Positions 50,327 to 63,796 are shown, counted from the first letter of the stretch. The stretch: DNA of 64,000 nucleotides from an uncultured Gemmatimonadaceae bacterium (GCA_963751275.1 CAVVTZ010000009.1:480001-544000); one strand, 5' to 3'. Notes: a model not told the origin generated them from the sequence alone. Translations and numbers: made by a program.

Positions 50327-51835
50327 TCAGTGCGACGTCGTATCCGATGACGCCGCCGGCGGCTTCTTCTTCGGATGGATCTTTCCATGCACGGTCCAGA
50401 TCAGGATCGTGCCGCACGCCGACTGCGATCCCTGGTACTGGATCGGCGTCGTCGTCGCGCTGTTGTACACCTCGATCGCCTCGACTTCGCTCGGCAGGAA
50501 CAGCTCGTCCGGGTTGTCATCGGCCGTCATGTTGTACTGCGTGCCGTCCACATACCACTGCGCCGATGAGCACGTCTGGTTCAAGCGGTTGGCCACCACG
50601 GTGTACTGCCCGTTGACGAACATCACCTTCATGCCGGGCGCCTGCCGGAAGATGTCGGTGATCGCGCCGTCATTCGCCGCATCGATCTGCTTCTTCGTGA
50701 AGTACGTGCCCAGTCCCGCCGCCTTCCGCTGATCGAACCCGGGGATGTCCGACGTCTCCTGCGCGCTCACCACGACCGGATCGAGCACCTGCGCGCGCGT
50801 ATCGAGGACCACGCTCAGGTGCGCCGCCTTCGCCGGCGTGAGATTCACGACGTACGTCTTCATCTGATAGGAGAGCAGCCGCACCTCCACCTTCTGCGTG
50901 CCGGCCGGCAGTCCGGTCATCTTGAAGTTCCCCTTGTAGTCGGCCTTCGCCGACCGCGACGTGCCCACCAGCAGCAGCTGCGCGCCCTCGAGCGGCTGTC
51001 CTTTTCCGTCGACGATGGAACCGGTGAGGACGCTCTTGCCGAGCGGCGCGTCCGGCGCCGCCGCCGCGCCGGCCACCGCTGCCGTGCCCGCGGCCGCACC
51101 CGTGCCCGGCGCCGGCGCGGCCGCCGCCGTTTGCGGCCGGTCGCCCACGAGGAATTCCTGCACCACGACGCCGTTCGGCTGGAGCAGGAGATCGATGAAG
51201 CCGCTCATCTTCGGCCGCTTGCGGGCTTGCGCGCGCAGCGGCAACTGCGCCGGCACGCCGCAGATCCGGTAGAGCCCGTTCGAATCGGCGAACACGCTCG
51301 CCGCCTGCGGCAGTCTCGAGATCGTGCTGTTGCCGATCGTCATCGCGGCCCATTGCACCACCACGAGCGCACCGGGCAGCGGCTTGTCGGCGTCGGCGTC
51401 ACGCACGTCGCCCATGATCAGCGTGCGATCGCCCCCGTTCGGGCTCGGCTGGCAGAACATGTCCACGATCGTCCGCCCCGACGGCACTGCGAGATCGACG
51501 ATCGCGGAGACGCCCTTCTCGAGCATCACGGAACGCGGCGGCGCGGCGATGCCGAGGGTATCGATCGCCGGATGGAAGAAGGAGAAGAGCCGGCGTCCGG
51601 TGCCGAGGCTGTCGAGGGGAATGCTGTAACGGCCCGCGCTGTCGCTCGTGGCGGTCAGCGTGATCCCCTCCACCACGATGGTCGCGCCGCGCAGCGGCCC
51701 GCCGTGCAGGCTGTCGTACACCGTGCCACTCACCGTCGGCGACGACGGAGCCGCGGCCGCGGCACCCGGACGCGCTTGCGCCGCCGCGCTGCCGGCGGCG
51801 GTCACGAGACACAGGAGCGGGATCAGTCGGCGCAT
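50327..51835 (-). CDS. Exported protein: carboxypeptidase-regulatory-like repeats plus TonB-receptor plug domain, no barrel
   Basis: Signal peptide; three GxVxD..PLxGA repeats; ITDIFRQAPG, YVDG, EVEAIEVY, CGTILIWT. Confidence 0.75.
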   Translation of the reverse strand: MRRLIPLLCLVTAAGSAAAQARPGAAAAAPSSPTVSGTVYDSLHGGPLRGATIVVEGITLTATSDSAGRYSIPLDSLGTGRRLFSFFHPAIDTLGIAAPPRSVMLEKGVSAIVDLAVPSGRTIVDMFCQPSPNGGDRTLIMGDVRDADADKPLPGALVVVQWAAMTIGNSTISRLPQAASVFADSNGLYRICGVPAQLPLRAQARKRPKMSGFIDLLLQPNGVVVQEFLVGDRPQTAAAAPAPGTGAAAGTAAVAGAAAAPDAPLGKSVLTGSIVDGKGQPLEGAQLLLVGTSRSAKADYKGNFKMTGLPAGTQKVEVRLLSYQMKTYVVNLTPAKAAHLSVVLDTRAQVLDPVVVSAQETSDIPGFDQRKAAGLGTYFTKKQIDAANDGAITDIFRQAPGMKVMFVNGQYTVVANRLNQTCSSAQWYVDGTQYNMTADDNPDELFLPSEVEAIEVYNSATTTPIQYQGSQSACGTILIWTVHGKIHPKKKPPAASSDTTSH

Positions 51836-51969
51836 GGGCGAAATCTCATGGCGGGGCCGTGCGATTGTCGAGGGGCGCTCACTCCGGCACGCCGCATCGC
51901 ATACGTACTACCCCGCTGCGGCGCTGGAGTGCGGTTTGCCGGGATGACGCCCGCGAGCCACATTGAGGG

Positions 51970-52746
51970 GTGATCGAATCTATCGGACGCGCGGTACGGC
52001 AGCAGGTCATGTCGCTGGGTCAGGTGGGCGAGTTCATCGCCGAGTCCGCCCGCGGGGTGCCGGAGTTCAAGACGTGGACGGTGAATGCCATGCAGCAGGC
52101 CCGCCGGCTCGGCGTCGACTCGATGCCGCTCGGCTTGCTCATCGCGGCCTTCACCGGCATCGTGCTGGCCCTCCTGGCGAATTACGCGCTCACCGGCGCC
52201 GTGCCGCTCTACTTCGTGGGCACGCTGCTCGAGAAGACCATCACGCTCGAACTCACGCCCGTGCTCACCGGCCTCGCGCTCGCCGGCCGCGTCGGCGCCA
52301 ACATCGCGGCGGAGATCGGTACGATGCGCGTCACCGAGCAGGTCGACGCGCTGGAGACGCTCGCCTACGATCCCTACGCCTATCTCGTGGTGCCTCGCGT
52401 GATCGCCGGCACCCTGATGTTCCCGATCGTCGTGGGCTGCGCCATGGTCGTCGCGATGATCGCCGGCTACATTGCGGCGCTCGGCATTGTGGGCCTCACC
52501 ACCGCCGAGTTCGAGCAGGGGGTGCGGCTGTTCTACGGGAATTTCGATGTGGCCTACGGGCTCGTGAAGTCGGCCAGCTTCGGATTCGCCGTGTCGCTCA
52601 TCGGCTGCATGGCGGGGTTCAAGGCGCGCGGCGGCGCGGAAGGGGTGGGGCGTGCCGCCACGAACGCCGTCGTCTACTCGGCCGTGATGATCCTGGTGCT
52701 CGACGCCTTCTGGGCGATGACTTGGCTGCAGGCGAGGTCCCATTGA
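51970..52746 (+). CDS. mlaE: MlaE-family ABC permease
   Basis: ELTPVLTGLALAGRVGANIAAEIGTMRVTEQVDALE; GGAEGVGRA. Confidence 0.93.
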   Translation: MIESIGRAVRQQVMSLGQVGEFIAESARGVPEFKTWTVNAMQQARRLGVDSMPLGLLIAAFTGIVLALLANYALTGAVPLYFVGTLLEKTITLELTPVLTGLALAGRVGANIAAEIGTMRVTEQVDALETLAYDPYAYLVVPRVIAGTLMFPIVVGCAMVVAMIAGYIAALGIVGLTTAEFEQGVRLFYGNFDVAYGLVKSASFGFAVSLIGCMAGFKARGGAEGVGRAATNAVVYSAVMILVLDAFWAMTWLQARSH

Positions 52747-53519
52747 TCCGACTCGACAACATCTACAAGTCCTTCGGCGAGAAGAAGGTGCTGCAGGGAT
52801 TCTCGCTCGACGTGAATGAAGGGGAGACGGTGGCGCTCATCGGCTTCTCCGGGAGCGGGAAGTCGGTCACGATCAAGCACATCGTGGGCCTGCTCGATCC
52901 GGATTCCGGCACCGTGACCGTGGACGGACAGGACGTGCCGAACCTCCCGCGCAAGGAGCTCTACGCCCTGCGCTCGCACATTGGCTACGTCTTCCAGTTC
53001 GCGGCGCTCTTCGATTCGCTGAGCATCGGCGAGAACGTGGCGATGGGGCTCCGCAAGCAGGGGACGCTGACCGAGCCGGAGATCAAGCAGCGCGTGGGCG
53101 AGGCGCTCGCGCTGGTCGATCTGCCCGACACGCAGGAACGCTTCCCCGCCGAACTCTCGGGCGGCATGCGCAAACGCGTCGGCATCGCGCGCGGCATCGC
53201 GCTCCGCCCCAAGTACATCCTGTACGATGAGCCGACCACCGGCCTCGATCCGGTCACGAGCGCGGTGATCGATGAGCTGATGATCCGGATGCAGAAACAG
53301 CTGGGCGTCACCGGCGTGGTGATCACGCACGACATGCGCAGCGCCTACCGGGTGGCGTCGCGGATCGCGATGCTCTACGAGGGGAAGGTGCAGCAGGTGG
53401 GCACCGTGAAGGAGATCCAGGAGACGAAGGACCCGATCGTGCGCCAATTCATCGAAGGCCGCGCCAGCATCGACCAGGAGAACGCCGCGCGGACCGGAGT
53501 GCCCGGAGGAGCGAAATGA
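52743..53519 (+). CDS. mlaF: MlaF-family ABC ATPase
   Basis: GFSGSGKS, LSGGMRKRVGIAR, LYDEPTTGLDP; TTG start. Confidence 0.93.
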   Translation: MIRLDNIYKSFGEKKVLQGFSLDVNEGETVALIGFSGSGKSVTIKHIVGLLDPDSGTVTVDGQDVPNLPRKELYALRSHIGYVFQFAALFDSLSIGENVAMGLRKQGTLTEPEIKQRVGEALALVDLPDTQERFPAELSGGMRKRVGIARGIALRPKYILYDEPTTGLDPVTSAVIDELMIRMQKQLGVTGVVITHDMRSAYRVASRIAMLYEGKVQQVGTVKEIQETKDPIVRQFIEGRASIDQENAARTGVPGGAK

Positions 53520-54526
53520 GACGCCAGGATGATTTCGTCGTGGGACTCGTGGTCATCGCGGCGGTGGTCGCGGTGACCGGCATGGCACTCTGGCTGAGCC
53601 GCGCGCAGTTCGGCGCCCGCTCGGCGCCCGTGGTCGCGCGGCTGCGCGAGGTGGGCGGCGCGCAGGTCGGGTCGCCGGTCGTCATCCGCGGCGTGGCGGC
53701 GGGGCGCATCACCGGGATCAACCTCGACGAGAAGACCGGCTGGGTGCTCGTGAAGATCGCCCTCGACAAGGGGATCACGCTGCCGCTCAATCCGGTGCTG
53801 CTCCTGAGCGAGGCGAGCATGTTCGGCCAGTGGCAGGCGACGCTCGAGGAACGCAGCGCCGCGCCTCCGAACACCGACGTGCAGGCGCAGCTCGATGACC
53901 CCGCGGCCCGGCTCAACGGCGCGATCCCCGGCGCCGTGCTTCCCGGCATTGGCGAACTGTCGGTGGTGGCGGGCCGCATCGCCGGCGACGTGGAGGCGGT
54001 GGCGCACCGCTTCGGCACGGCGTTCAGCGACAGCGCCGCGCGCGAACTGCGCGCCACGATCAAGAACATCAACAACACGTCGACCACGCTCAACGGCACC
54101 GTTCTCGAGCAGTCGAAGAACCTGGACAAGATCGCGGTAGAGTTGCAGCGGACGATCCAGACGATCGGCTCGGCCGCCGATGCGATCGACCGCACGGCGA
54201 GCCGGATCGACTCCTCCACGGCGAGCGGCCAGATCAAGGAGCTCGTCACCAATGCGCGACTCGCCTCCGCGGATCTGCGCGAGATGGCCGCGCGCCTGAA
54301 GAAGTCCGCCGGCCAGATCGACACGACGTCGCAGAGCTTCCAATCCACGATGACCCACCTCGACTCGGTGCTCGTGAAGGTCAATCGCGGGCAGGGGACG
54401 CTCGGGCTGTTGATCAATGACCCGCGCATGTATCGCGATGCGGACTCGCTGTTCGTCGCGCTGCGGGGCCTCGCCACCGACGTGAAAGCGCATCCCTCGC
54501 GCTATGTGAACGTGAAGATCTTCTGA
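53516..54526 (+). CDS. mlaD: MCE/MlaD-family protein with helical extension
   Basis: N-terminal TM, GSPVVIRGVAAGRI, GQGTLGLLIND. Confidence 0.88.
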   Translation: MRRQDDFVVGLVVIAAVVAVTGMALWLSRAQFGARSAPVVARLREVGGAQVGSPVVIRGVAAGRITGINLDEKTGWVLVKIALDKGITLPLNPVLLLSEASMFGQWQATLEERSAAPPNTDVQAQLDDPAARLNGAIPGAVLPGIGELSVVAGRIAGDVEAVAHRFGTAFSDSAARELRATIKNINNTSTTLNGTVLEQSKNLDKIAVELQRTIQTIGSAADAIDRTASRIDSSTASGQIKELVTNARLASADLREMAARLKKSAGQIDTTSQSFQSTMTHLDSVLVKVNRGQGTLGLLINDPRMYRDADSLFVALRGLATDVKAHPSRYVNVKIF

Positions 54527-54948
54527 TGCCGGCGTCGCGGACGCGCGAGGAGACGTCGGCGGGGGGCGTGGTGTACCGGATCGCCGGCGGGGCGCCGCAT
54601 TTCCTCCTCATCCGGGACAGCTACCAGAACTGGGGATTCCCGAAGGGTCATCTCAAACGCGGCGAGGCGCCCGCCGACGCGGCCGCGCGCGAGACGCGCG
54701 AGGAGACCGGGCTCCATGGACTGGCCCTGCGTGGCGAGCTCGGCGCGATCGATTGGTGGTTCCGTTTCCGCGGCCGCCGGATCCACAAGCTGTGCCACTT
54801 CTTCCTGTTCGAGAGCGCGGATGGGGAGACGACACCGCAGCGCGCGGAAGGGATCACGGAATGCGAGTTCCTGACTACCGACGAAGCCTTGTCACGCCTG
54901 TCGTACGCCAACGCTCGCGATGTGCTGACGCGCCGTCGAACATCGTGA
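54526..54948 (+). CDS. NUDIX hydrolase
   Basis: SAGGVV, WGFPKGHLKRGE...AARETREETG. Confidence 0.9.
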   Translation: MPASRTREETSAGGVVYRIAGGAPHFLLIRDSYQNWGFPKGHLKRGEAPADAAARETREETGLHGLALRGELGAIDWWFRFRGRRIHKLCHFFLFESADGETTPQRAEGITECEFLTTDEALSRLSYANARDVLTRRRTS

Positions 54949-54950
54949 GG

Positions 54951-55103
54951 GCGCGTCTAGCGACTAGTACCGCTGGAGAGCGCGTCTGGCAACTGAGCGT
55001 ATGGTACGCCAACGCGGGAGTAGCGGCCGCCACTCACGCCTAGGCGTACCATACGCTCAGTTGCCAGACGCGCGGTTACAGCGGTACTAGTTTCTACACG
55101 CGC
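54951..55103. repeat. About 150-bp palindromic element upstream of atpA
   Basis: Perfect 31-bp arms (54980-55010 / 55043-55073) plus ctagtaccgctg/cagcggtactag; diverged half copy at 27257-27317. Confidence 0.85.
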
Positions 55104-55174
55104 TCCTTGCAGTTAGGGAGTCCTTGTGACATTTTTCACAAGCTGGAACACGACCTCAATCTGAACTCCGAGTT

Positions 55175-56760
<1,586 letters not shown>

Positions 56761-56763
56761 CCC

Positions 56764-57627
56764 ATGGCCAGCGGACGGGAGCTCAAGGGACGGATCAAGT
56801 CCTACGAGGGCATGCGGAAGATCACGTCCACCATGGAGAAGGTGGCCGCGAGCAAGCTCAAGCGCGCGCTCGACCGCGTGGTCGCGGCGCGCCCGTACGC
56901 GCGCGCGCTGGCGGCGGTGATCGCCGATCTCTACACGCCCGCGCTCGCCGAGCAGTTCCCGCTGCTGCGCCAGCCCGTGAAGGTCAAGCGCGCCGCCGTG
57001 CTCGTGATCACGTCGAATCGCGGCCTCGCCGGCGCGTTCAACGCGAACCTCATCCGGGAAGGGATGACGCAGCTGCGCCGTCTCGAATCCGAGGGCGTCG
57101 AGGTGGAGCTGCACGTGGTGGGCCGCAAGGGCGCGGGCTACTTCCGCTTCGTGGGCCGCGCGCCCGCGAGCACGCGCACCGACATCGGCGACCGTCCCAC
57201 GTACGAGCAGGCCGTGGAGCTCGCGTCGCCGTTGACTGATGCGTTCATCGCGGGCCGTCTCGACGCGGTGTACGTCGTCTACTCCAAGTTCAATTCGGCG
57301 ATCTCGACGCCGCCCACCAGCGACCTCGTGCTCCCCGTCACGCCGCCCGCCCGCACCGGACCGGCGCGCGACTATCTGCTCTTCCCGGACGCGCCGGCGA
57401 TCCTGTCGGAGCTGCTGCCGGCCTATGTGCGCAACGCCGTCTATCGCGCGCTCGTGGAAACGGCGTGCGGCGAGCAGGGCGCGCGCCGCACCGCCATGAA
57501 GAACGCGACCGACAACGCAGGCGACCTGCTGGACATTCTTCGCCGTACTTACAACCGCGCCCGCCAGGCGCAGATCACGCAGGAGATCGCGGAGATCGTC
57601 GGCGGCGCCGAGGCGCTGAAGGGCTGA
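56764..57627 (+). CDS. atpG: ATP synthase F1 gamma
   Basis: [40 protein letters not shown]. Confidence 0.96.
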   Translation: MASGRELKGRIKSYEGMRKITSTMEKVAASKLKRALDRVVAARPYARALAAVIADLYTPALAEQFPLLRQPVKVKRAAVLVITSNRGLAGAFNANLIREGMTQLRRLESEGVEVELHVVGRKGAGYFRFVGRAPASTRTDIGDRPTYEQAVELASPLTDAFIAGRLDAVYVVYSKFNSAISTPPTSDLVLPVTPPARTGPARDYLLFPDAPAILSELLPAYVRNAVYRALVETACGEQGARRTAMKNATDNAGDLLDILRRTYNRARQAQITQEIAEIVGGAEALKG

Positions 57628-57668
57628 CGCCCTTCGCGCGATACGCAGCACTCAAGGGGATCCGAACC

Positions 57669-59088
<1,420 letters not shown>

Positions 59089-59096
59089 GAGCGTTC

Positions 59097-59354
59097 GTGC
59101 TGACGATCTCGGTGATCTCCCCCGAACAGACCCTGTATGAAGGGAGTGCAACTTCCGTCGTGGCTCCCGCGTATGACGGGGAAGTGGGTATACTTAGCGG
59201 CCACGCACCGCTCATGACGCTGTTGGGCAGCGGTACATTGCGCGTCATGAACGGCGCTGTGGAGGAGCGGTTCACCATCGAAGGTGGCTTCCTGCAGGTC
59301 GTGGACAATGTCGTCCGCGTCGTGACCGAGAAGGCGAGTCTCGCCACACGGTAG
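59097..59354 (+). CDS. atpC: ATP synthase F1 epsilon (short, beta-sandwich only)
   Basis: VISPE, GEVGILSGHAPL, GGFLQV; 85 aa. Confidence 0.92.
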   Translation: MLTISVISPEQTLYEGSATSVVAPAYDGEVGILSGHAPLMTLLGSGTLRVMNGAVEERFTIEGGFLQVVDNVVRVVTEKASLATR

Positions 59355-59382
59355 CATCACAACGTTCTCTGGAGACGATACC

Positions 59383-60018
59383 ATGTTGATTTCCCGCACT
59401 CGTACGCTGGCCGCGCTGGCGATCGGCGCGCTCATCACCCTTGCCGCGCCGGCGCGCGCGCAGGCGTGGCACTACCCCGCCATGCAGCCGGCCTCGCAGG
59501 AGCCCAATGAGGTCAACGTCCTGATCGCGGGCTTCGGCGGTGACTACGGCGAGTCGTTCGTCGGCCAGTACCGCTGGACCATGGACAAGCGGACGCAGCT
59601 GTGGGCCGACGTCGGCGTGTCCACGCCCACCGGCTCGACCCTGTTCGACATCGGCATCGCGGGCGGCTGGATGCTGCTGACGCCCACGCCCGACCGGCCG
59701 ATCGACCTGATGGCGACGCTCGGCGTGTACGGCGCGTTCGGCGACGGTTCCATCTGGCGCATTCCGATCGGCCTCAACGTCGGCCACACGTTCATCCTCG
59801 ACAACAAGCACGCGCTCAAGATCTTCGGGTTCCCGCGCCTCTCGATCGATTTCTGCTCGAGCAACTGCGGCACGAACGCGAACCTCAATTTCGACGCCGG
59901 CGCGAGCTATGACATCACCAGCGCCATGAGCGGCCGCGCGGCCTTCACATTCGGCGCGGTCGCCGAGGGCAGCTCGGACGCGGGCTTCGGGATCTCGCTG
60001 GCGTTCAAGACCAAGTAA
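59383..60018 (+). CDS. Exported beta-barrel-like hypothetical protein
   Basis: Signal peptide ending PARA; amphipathic strands; ends GISLAFKTK; GGAG RBS. Confidence 0.7.
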   Translation: MLISRTRTLAALAIGALITLAAPARAQAWHYPAMQPASQEPNEVNVLIAGFGGDYGESFVGQYRWTMDKRTQLWADVGVSTPTGSTLFDIGIAGGWMLLTPTPDRPIDLMATLGVYGAFGDGSIWRIPIGLNVGHTFILDNKHALKIFGFPRLSIDFCSSNCGTNANLNFDAGASYDITSAMSGRAAFTFGAVAEGSSDAGFGISLAFKTK

Positions 60019-60036
60019 CGCTCTACACGCGCGATC

Positions 60037-60073
60037 AAAGGGAGCGGGGCGCACGGCGCTCCGCTCCCTTTTT
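60037..60073 (+). terminator. Intrinsic terminator
   Basis: aaagggagcggggcgc-acg-gcgctccgctcccttttt. Confidence 0.8.
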
Positions 60074-60082
60074 CGTTCTACA

Positions 60083-60491
60083 GACCCCGAACGCCGTTAT
60101 TCGTCCCCCGAACTCCGTGAGGCGTGAGGCGTGCGACGAACTGACTGTACGGCGTCATTGGAGACCCTAACGCCGTGAGTCGCGACCCGAGCTCCGTGAT
60201 TCGTAACCCGAACACCGTTAGTCGTGAGTGCACTCACGGTGTTCGGGTGACCAATGACGCCGTACAGTCAGTTCGTCGCACGCCTCACGCCTCACGGTGT
60301 TCGGGTGACCAATGACGCCGTACAGTCAGTTCGTCGCACGCCTCACGCCTCACGGCGTTCGGGGGACCAATGACGCCGTACAGTCAGTTCGTCGCACGCC
60401 TCACGCCTCACGGCGTTCGGGGGACCAATAACGCCGTACAGTCAGTTCGTCGCACGCCTCACGCCTCACGGCGTTCGGGGGACCAATAACG
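60083..60491. repeat. Composite repeat: 58-bp tandem x4.5 (60233-60491) plus an inverted copy and 21-bp units (60083-60230)
   Basis: Unit ctcacggYgttcggg(t/g)gaccaatRacgccgtacagtcagttcgtcgcacgcctcacgc starting at 60233, 60291, 60349, 60407 and 60465; symmetry centre gagtgcactc. Confidence 0.9.
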
Positions 60492-60509
60492 TGATTTGGG
60501 GGTCGCCGT

Positions 60510-61804
60510 TCAGGTCTCGCCGCGCATGAGTTCGAGTACCATCTCGGTTGACCTTGCCGCCGCGCCGAGCCCGGCCCGCACCATTTCTCGCGCCGCGGCA
60601 CCCGCCGTTTCGCCGGCGCCCGTTCCACCGAGCCACGACACCAAGCGCGCGCCCAACTCATCGGAGCTCGCTGCGCTCGCTCCGCCCCCGCATTGGATCA
60701 ACAGGCGCGCGTCGCGGCTCATCACGAAGCGCGGCCCGAACGCCACTGGTGCGCCGTACGCCGCCGGCTCCAGCACCGAGTGCAGTCCGGCCGCATGGAA
60801 TCCGCCGCCCACGAATGCGCCCGTCGCGAGTGCATACAACTCGCCGAGTACTCCCACGCGGTCCACGATCACGACGTCTGCCGCACCCGCGCCCTCGGCG
60901 CTGAGGCGCGCGGTGCGCAGTCCCTGCTGCGCGGCGAGGCGCTCGAGTGGTTCGAGGTGCGCGGCCGTCGGTTCGTGCGGCGCGATGATCAGGCGGGCCG
61001 AGGGGATCGCCGCGCGCACGATCCGCCACGCGCTGAACAGGGGGGCCTCGTCCGCCGGCCAGGTGGAGCCCGCCACCAGCGTCGGCCGCGGGGAGACGAG
61101 CGGCGCGAGTAGCGTACCGCGCCGGTCGGCCGCGGCCGCGCGCATCCAGACCTGATCGTACCGCGTGTCGCCGGTGACCCGCACGCGTTCCGCTCGCGCG
61201 CCGAGCGCCGGTGAGCCGCGTCGGCATCCGCTTCATCGATCGCGCCGATCGCATCGAGCCGTGCGTACGCATCGCGCAGCACCGCGCGCGCGATCGGCGA
61301 GCGGCGCCCCGACGCGTCGCTCAGCGTCGCGCTGATGAGCCCCACGCGCACGCCGCGCGCCGCGGCCTCGCGCGTGAGCGTCGGCCACACATCGAGCTTG
61401 CTGAAGACGAGCGCGCGCGGCCGCAGCGCATCGAGCATCGCGCGCCCGTCGGCCGCGCGATCGAAGGGCAGATAATCCGCGCCATCCACGTCCAGCGCGC
61501 GCGCGAACGCCTCCGCGCTCGGCGAGAAGAACGTGTAGGCGATCTGCGCATCGGGGCGCTCGCGGCGGATCCGTTCCAGCACGGGCCGCGCCTGCAGTCC
61601 CTCGCCCACCGATGGCGCGTGCACCCAGAGCAGCGGCCGCGCCGGATCGCGCCGGTCCTTCGCCCACCGCTCCCATCGCGCGACCAGTCCCTTCCGCGCG
61701 GCGAACGTGCGCCGCGTCTTGCCGTCACCCGCGGGGGCGAGCTGCGCGCCGAGCTGCGCCGCGCGCGCCGCTCCCTCGTACAGCAGCTCGACCAGCGGAT
61801 GCAC
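60510..61804 (-). CDS. waaA: Kdo transferase (indels near 61190-61212)
   Basis: WVHAPSVGE, TFFSPS, YLPFD, TGDTRYD, VAGSTW, IIAPHEP, HSVLEPAAYG. Confidence 0.9.
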
Positions 61805-61815
61805 GAAACTGCGCG

Positions 61816-62454
61816 CTACGGCTTCGCGGCCGAGCGGGCGAGCGCGTCGTCGAGCGCCTGGCGGAAGACCGAGATCCCCGCCGCGCCGGCGAGCTTGCGG
61901 CCCCCGATCAGGAAGGAGGGCGTCGAGGTCACGCCCTGCTCCTTGGACTTGTCGATGTCGGCCTCGATCGTGGGCGTCATTGCGCCGGACTTGATGCACG
62001 CGTTCATGTCGGCCACGTTGACGCCCGCGCGTTTCGCGAGCGACTCGAACGCCGGCGCGGGATCGGCGAGACCTTCCCACGAACCCTGATTGTCGAACAA
62101 CAGGTCCGCCATCGGCCAGAACTTCCCCTGCGCCGCCGAGCACATCGCCGCCTGGGCGGCGGGCATCGCGTTCCGGTGCATCGGCAGCGGGAAATTGATG
62201 TACGCGAGGCGGATCTTGCCGGTGTCCACGTACTCCTTCTTCACGGCGGCGTACGTCGAATCATGCCACATCTTGCAGTACGGGCACTGGAAGTCGCTGA
62301 TCTCGATGAGCCACACCGTGGCCGTGGGGCTGCCCTCGATGCGCGCCCGATCGGCGCGGCGCGCCATGGAGTCGGCGGCGGCGTTCTGTGCGGCGGCGGG
62401 CGCCGCGGCGGTGAGCACGAGGGTGGCGGCGAGCAGGAGATGGGTTCGGGTCAT
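61816..62454 (-). CDS. DsbA-family thioredoxin
   Basis: Signal peptide; SDFQCPYC, FPLPMH, GVTSTPSF. Confidence 0.92.
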   Translation of the reverse strand: MTRTHLLLAATLVLTAAAPAAAQNAAADSMARRADRARIEGSPTATVWLIEISDFQCPYCKMWHDSTYAAVKKEYVDTGKIRLAYINFPLPMHRNAMPAAQAAMCSAAQGKFWPMADLLFDNQGSWEGLADPAPAFESLAKRAGVNVADMNACIKSGAMTPTIEADIDKSKEQGVTSTPSFLIGGRKLAGAAGISVFRQALDDALARSAAKP

Positions 62455-62460
62455 CAGGCC

Positions 62461-63678
62461 TCAGAAATCGGAATGGAGCCGCCGGAGCGCGTTCGTGCGG
62501 CCATCGAGCAGATAAGTATAGCTGTCCGTGGACACGATGCTGGCCGCGAAGCCGAGCTCGCGCGCGACGCCAATGGTGACGAGCGCGCTCCCGCGGAGAT
62601 CCACCACGTAGACGCCGTCGGGGCCAGCCGCGACGAACATCCGGGAACCCGCGATCGACACGTCATACGTGAAACGCGCGACGGTCCACGCATGCCCCGC
62701 CACCGGGTGCGCGGGATCGGTGACGTCGAACATGCGGACGCCGCGCTCGCCCACGGCGACGGCCACGCGGTTGCCAGCGGCGGCGATCTTGCGCGCGCCG
62801 CCGTCGATCCGCGACACCGAGAGCCGGACGAGCGAGTCGCCGTTCAAGCGGAGCGCGAAGAGCGAGTCATCGGTCGCGGCCCACACGATGCTCCGGGCGG
62901 TGTCGAGCGCGAGCGCGCGCACTGGCGCCGCGAGGGTCACGCCCGGCCACGCGAGCTCGCTGTCCGCATTCACCGGCGTGATGCTCACTCGGTCCCCGCT
63001 CGCCGAGATGACGTGCCCTCGCGTCGCGACCGCCGCGGCCACCTCGCCGGACAGCACGAGCAGGCCGGGCCCCTGCCGCGGCGGGAAGAGGTAGAGTCCG
63101 CTGCCAGTCCCCACGGAGAGCCACTCGGTTCGCGGAGAGATGGCCAACGTGGTGATCCCGATCAGTCCGCGCGCGCGCAGGTCGCCCGGGAGCAGGCTGT
63201 TCCGGGAGAAGAACGTTTGCACGCCCTCGCTGGTGCCGACGTCCACGAGCGAGTCGCGCGCCGTGAGCGCGATCGGATCGCCCGTGACGTCGATCCGGGT
63301 GCTCCCGACGGAGAGCGGACGCACACCACGGAATTGCACCGCATGGATCTCATCGTACTGTTTCCCGAGCAGGTAGCCGCCGAGGCTGCCGAGGATCAAG
63401 CCGCCGACGACGACCGAGTACGCGGTCGGTTTCTGCGACGAGCCGATGGCGAGTCCGACGCCGAATCCGACGAGCGCGCCGACCACGGCCATGGACTTCT
63501 TTCGAGGCGTGCGCCCCTGCTCCATGTACACCGTGTCGTTCTGCGCACGCGCCGGCGGCGCCGAGGCCGCGAGGGTCGCGGCGCAGACGAGGGCGACGGC
63601 GGTGTTCCGGCGGAGGGAGGGGCGAGCCGGGAGGTGCCGGCGGGAGCGGTCGACCGGGGGGTGACGAAATAGGATCAT
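62461..63678 (-). CDS. Exported glycine-zipper plus LVIVD/beta-propeller protein
   Basis: Gly-rich hydrophobic hairpin; VAVGERGVRMFDVTDPAHP, VAAGPDGVYVVDL. Confidence 0.7.
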   Translation of the reverse strand: MILFRHPPVDRSRRHLPARPSLRRNTAVALVCAATLAASAPPARAQNDTVYMEQGRTPRKKSMAVVGALVGFGVGLAIGSSQKPTAYSVVVGGLILGSLGGYLLGKQYDEIHAVQFRGVRPLSVGSTRIDVTGDPIALTARDSLVDVGTSEGVQTFFSRNSLLPGDLRARGLIGITTLAISPRTEWLSVGTGSGLYLFPPRQGPGLLVLSGEVAAAVATRGHVISASGDRVSITPVNADSELAWPGVTLAAPVRALALDTARSIVWAATDDSLFALRLNGDSLVRLSVSRIDGGARKIAAAGNRVAVAVGERGVRMFDVTDPAHPVAGHAWTVARFTYDVSIAGSRMFVAAGPDGVYVVDLRGSALVTIGVARELGFAASIVSTDSYTYLLDGRTNALRRLHSDF

Positions 63679-63796
63679 TCGGTGGGCTGGGGGTCGGAGG
63701 CGGTCGTACAGTATAGTAGGGAGCGTCGCGATCGGCGGACGATGGGGCCGTCCATTGGGGTAGTGTCCAATGCCGTGGACATCTTCTGACTACTTC

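Noticed and set aside
60233..60491. Possible CRISPR array, given the cas4-like gene in the window
   Set aside because: The units are contiguous near-identical 58-mers with no unique spacers, and there are no cas1/cas2 genes.
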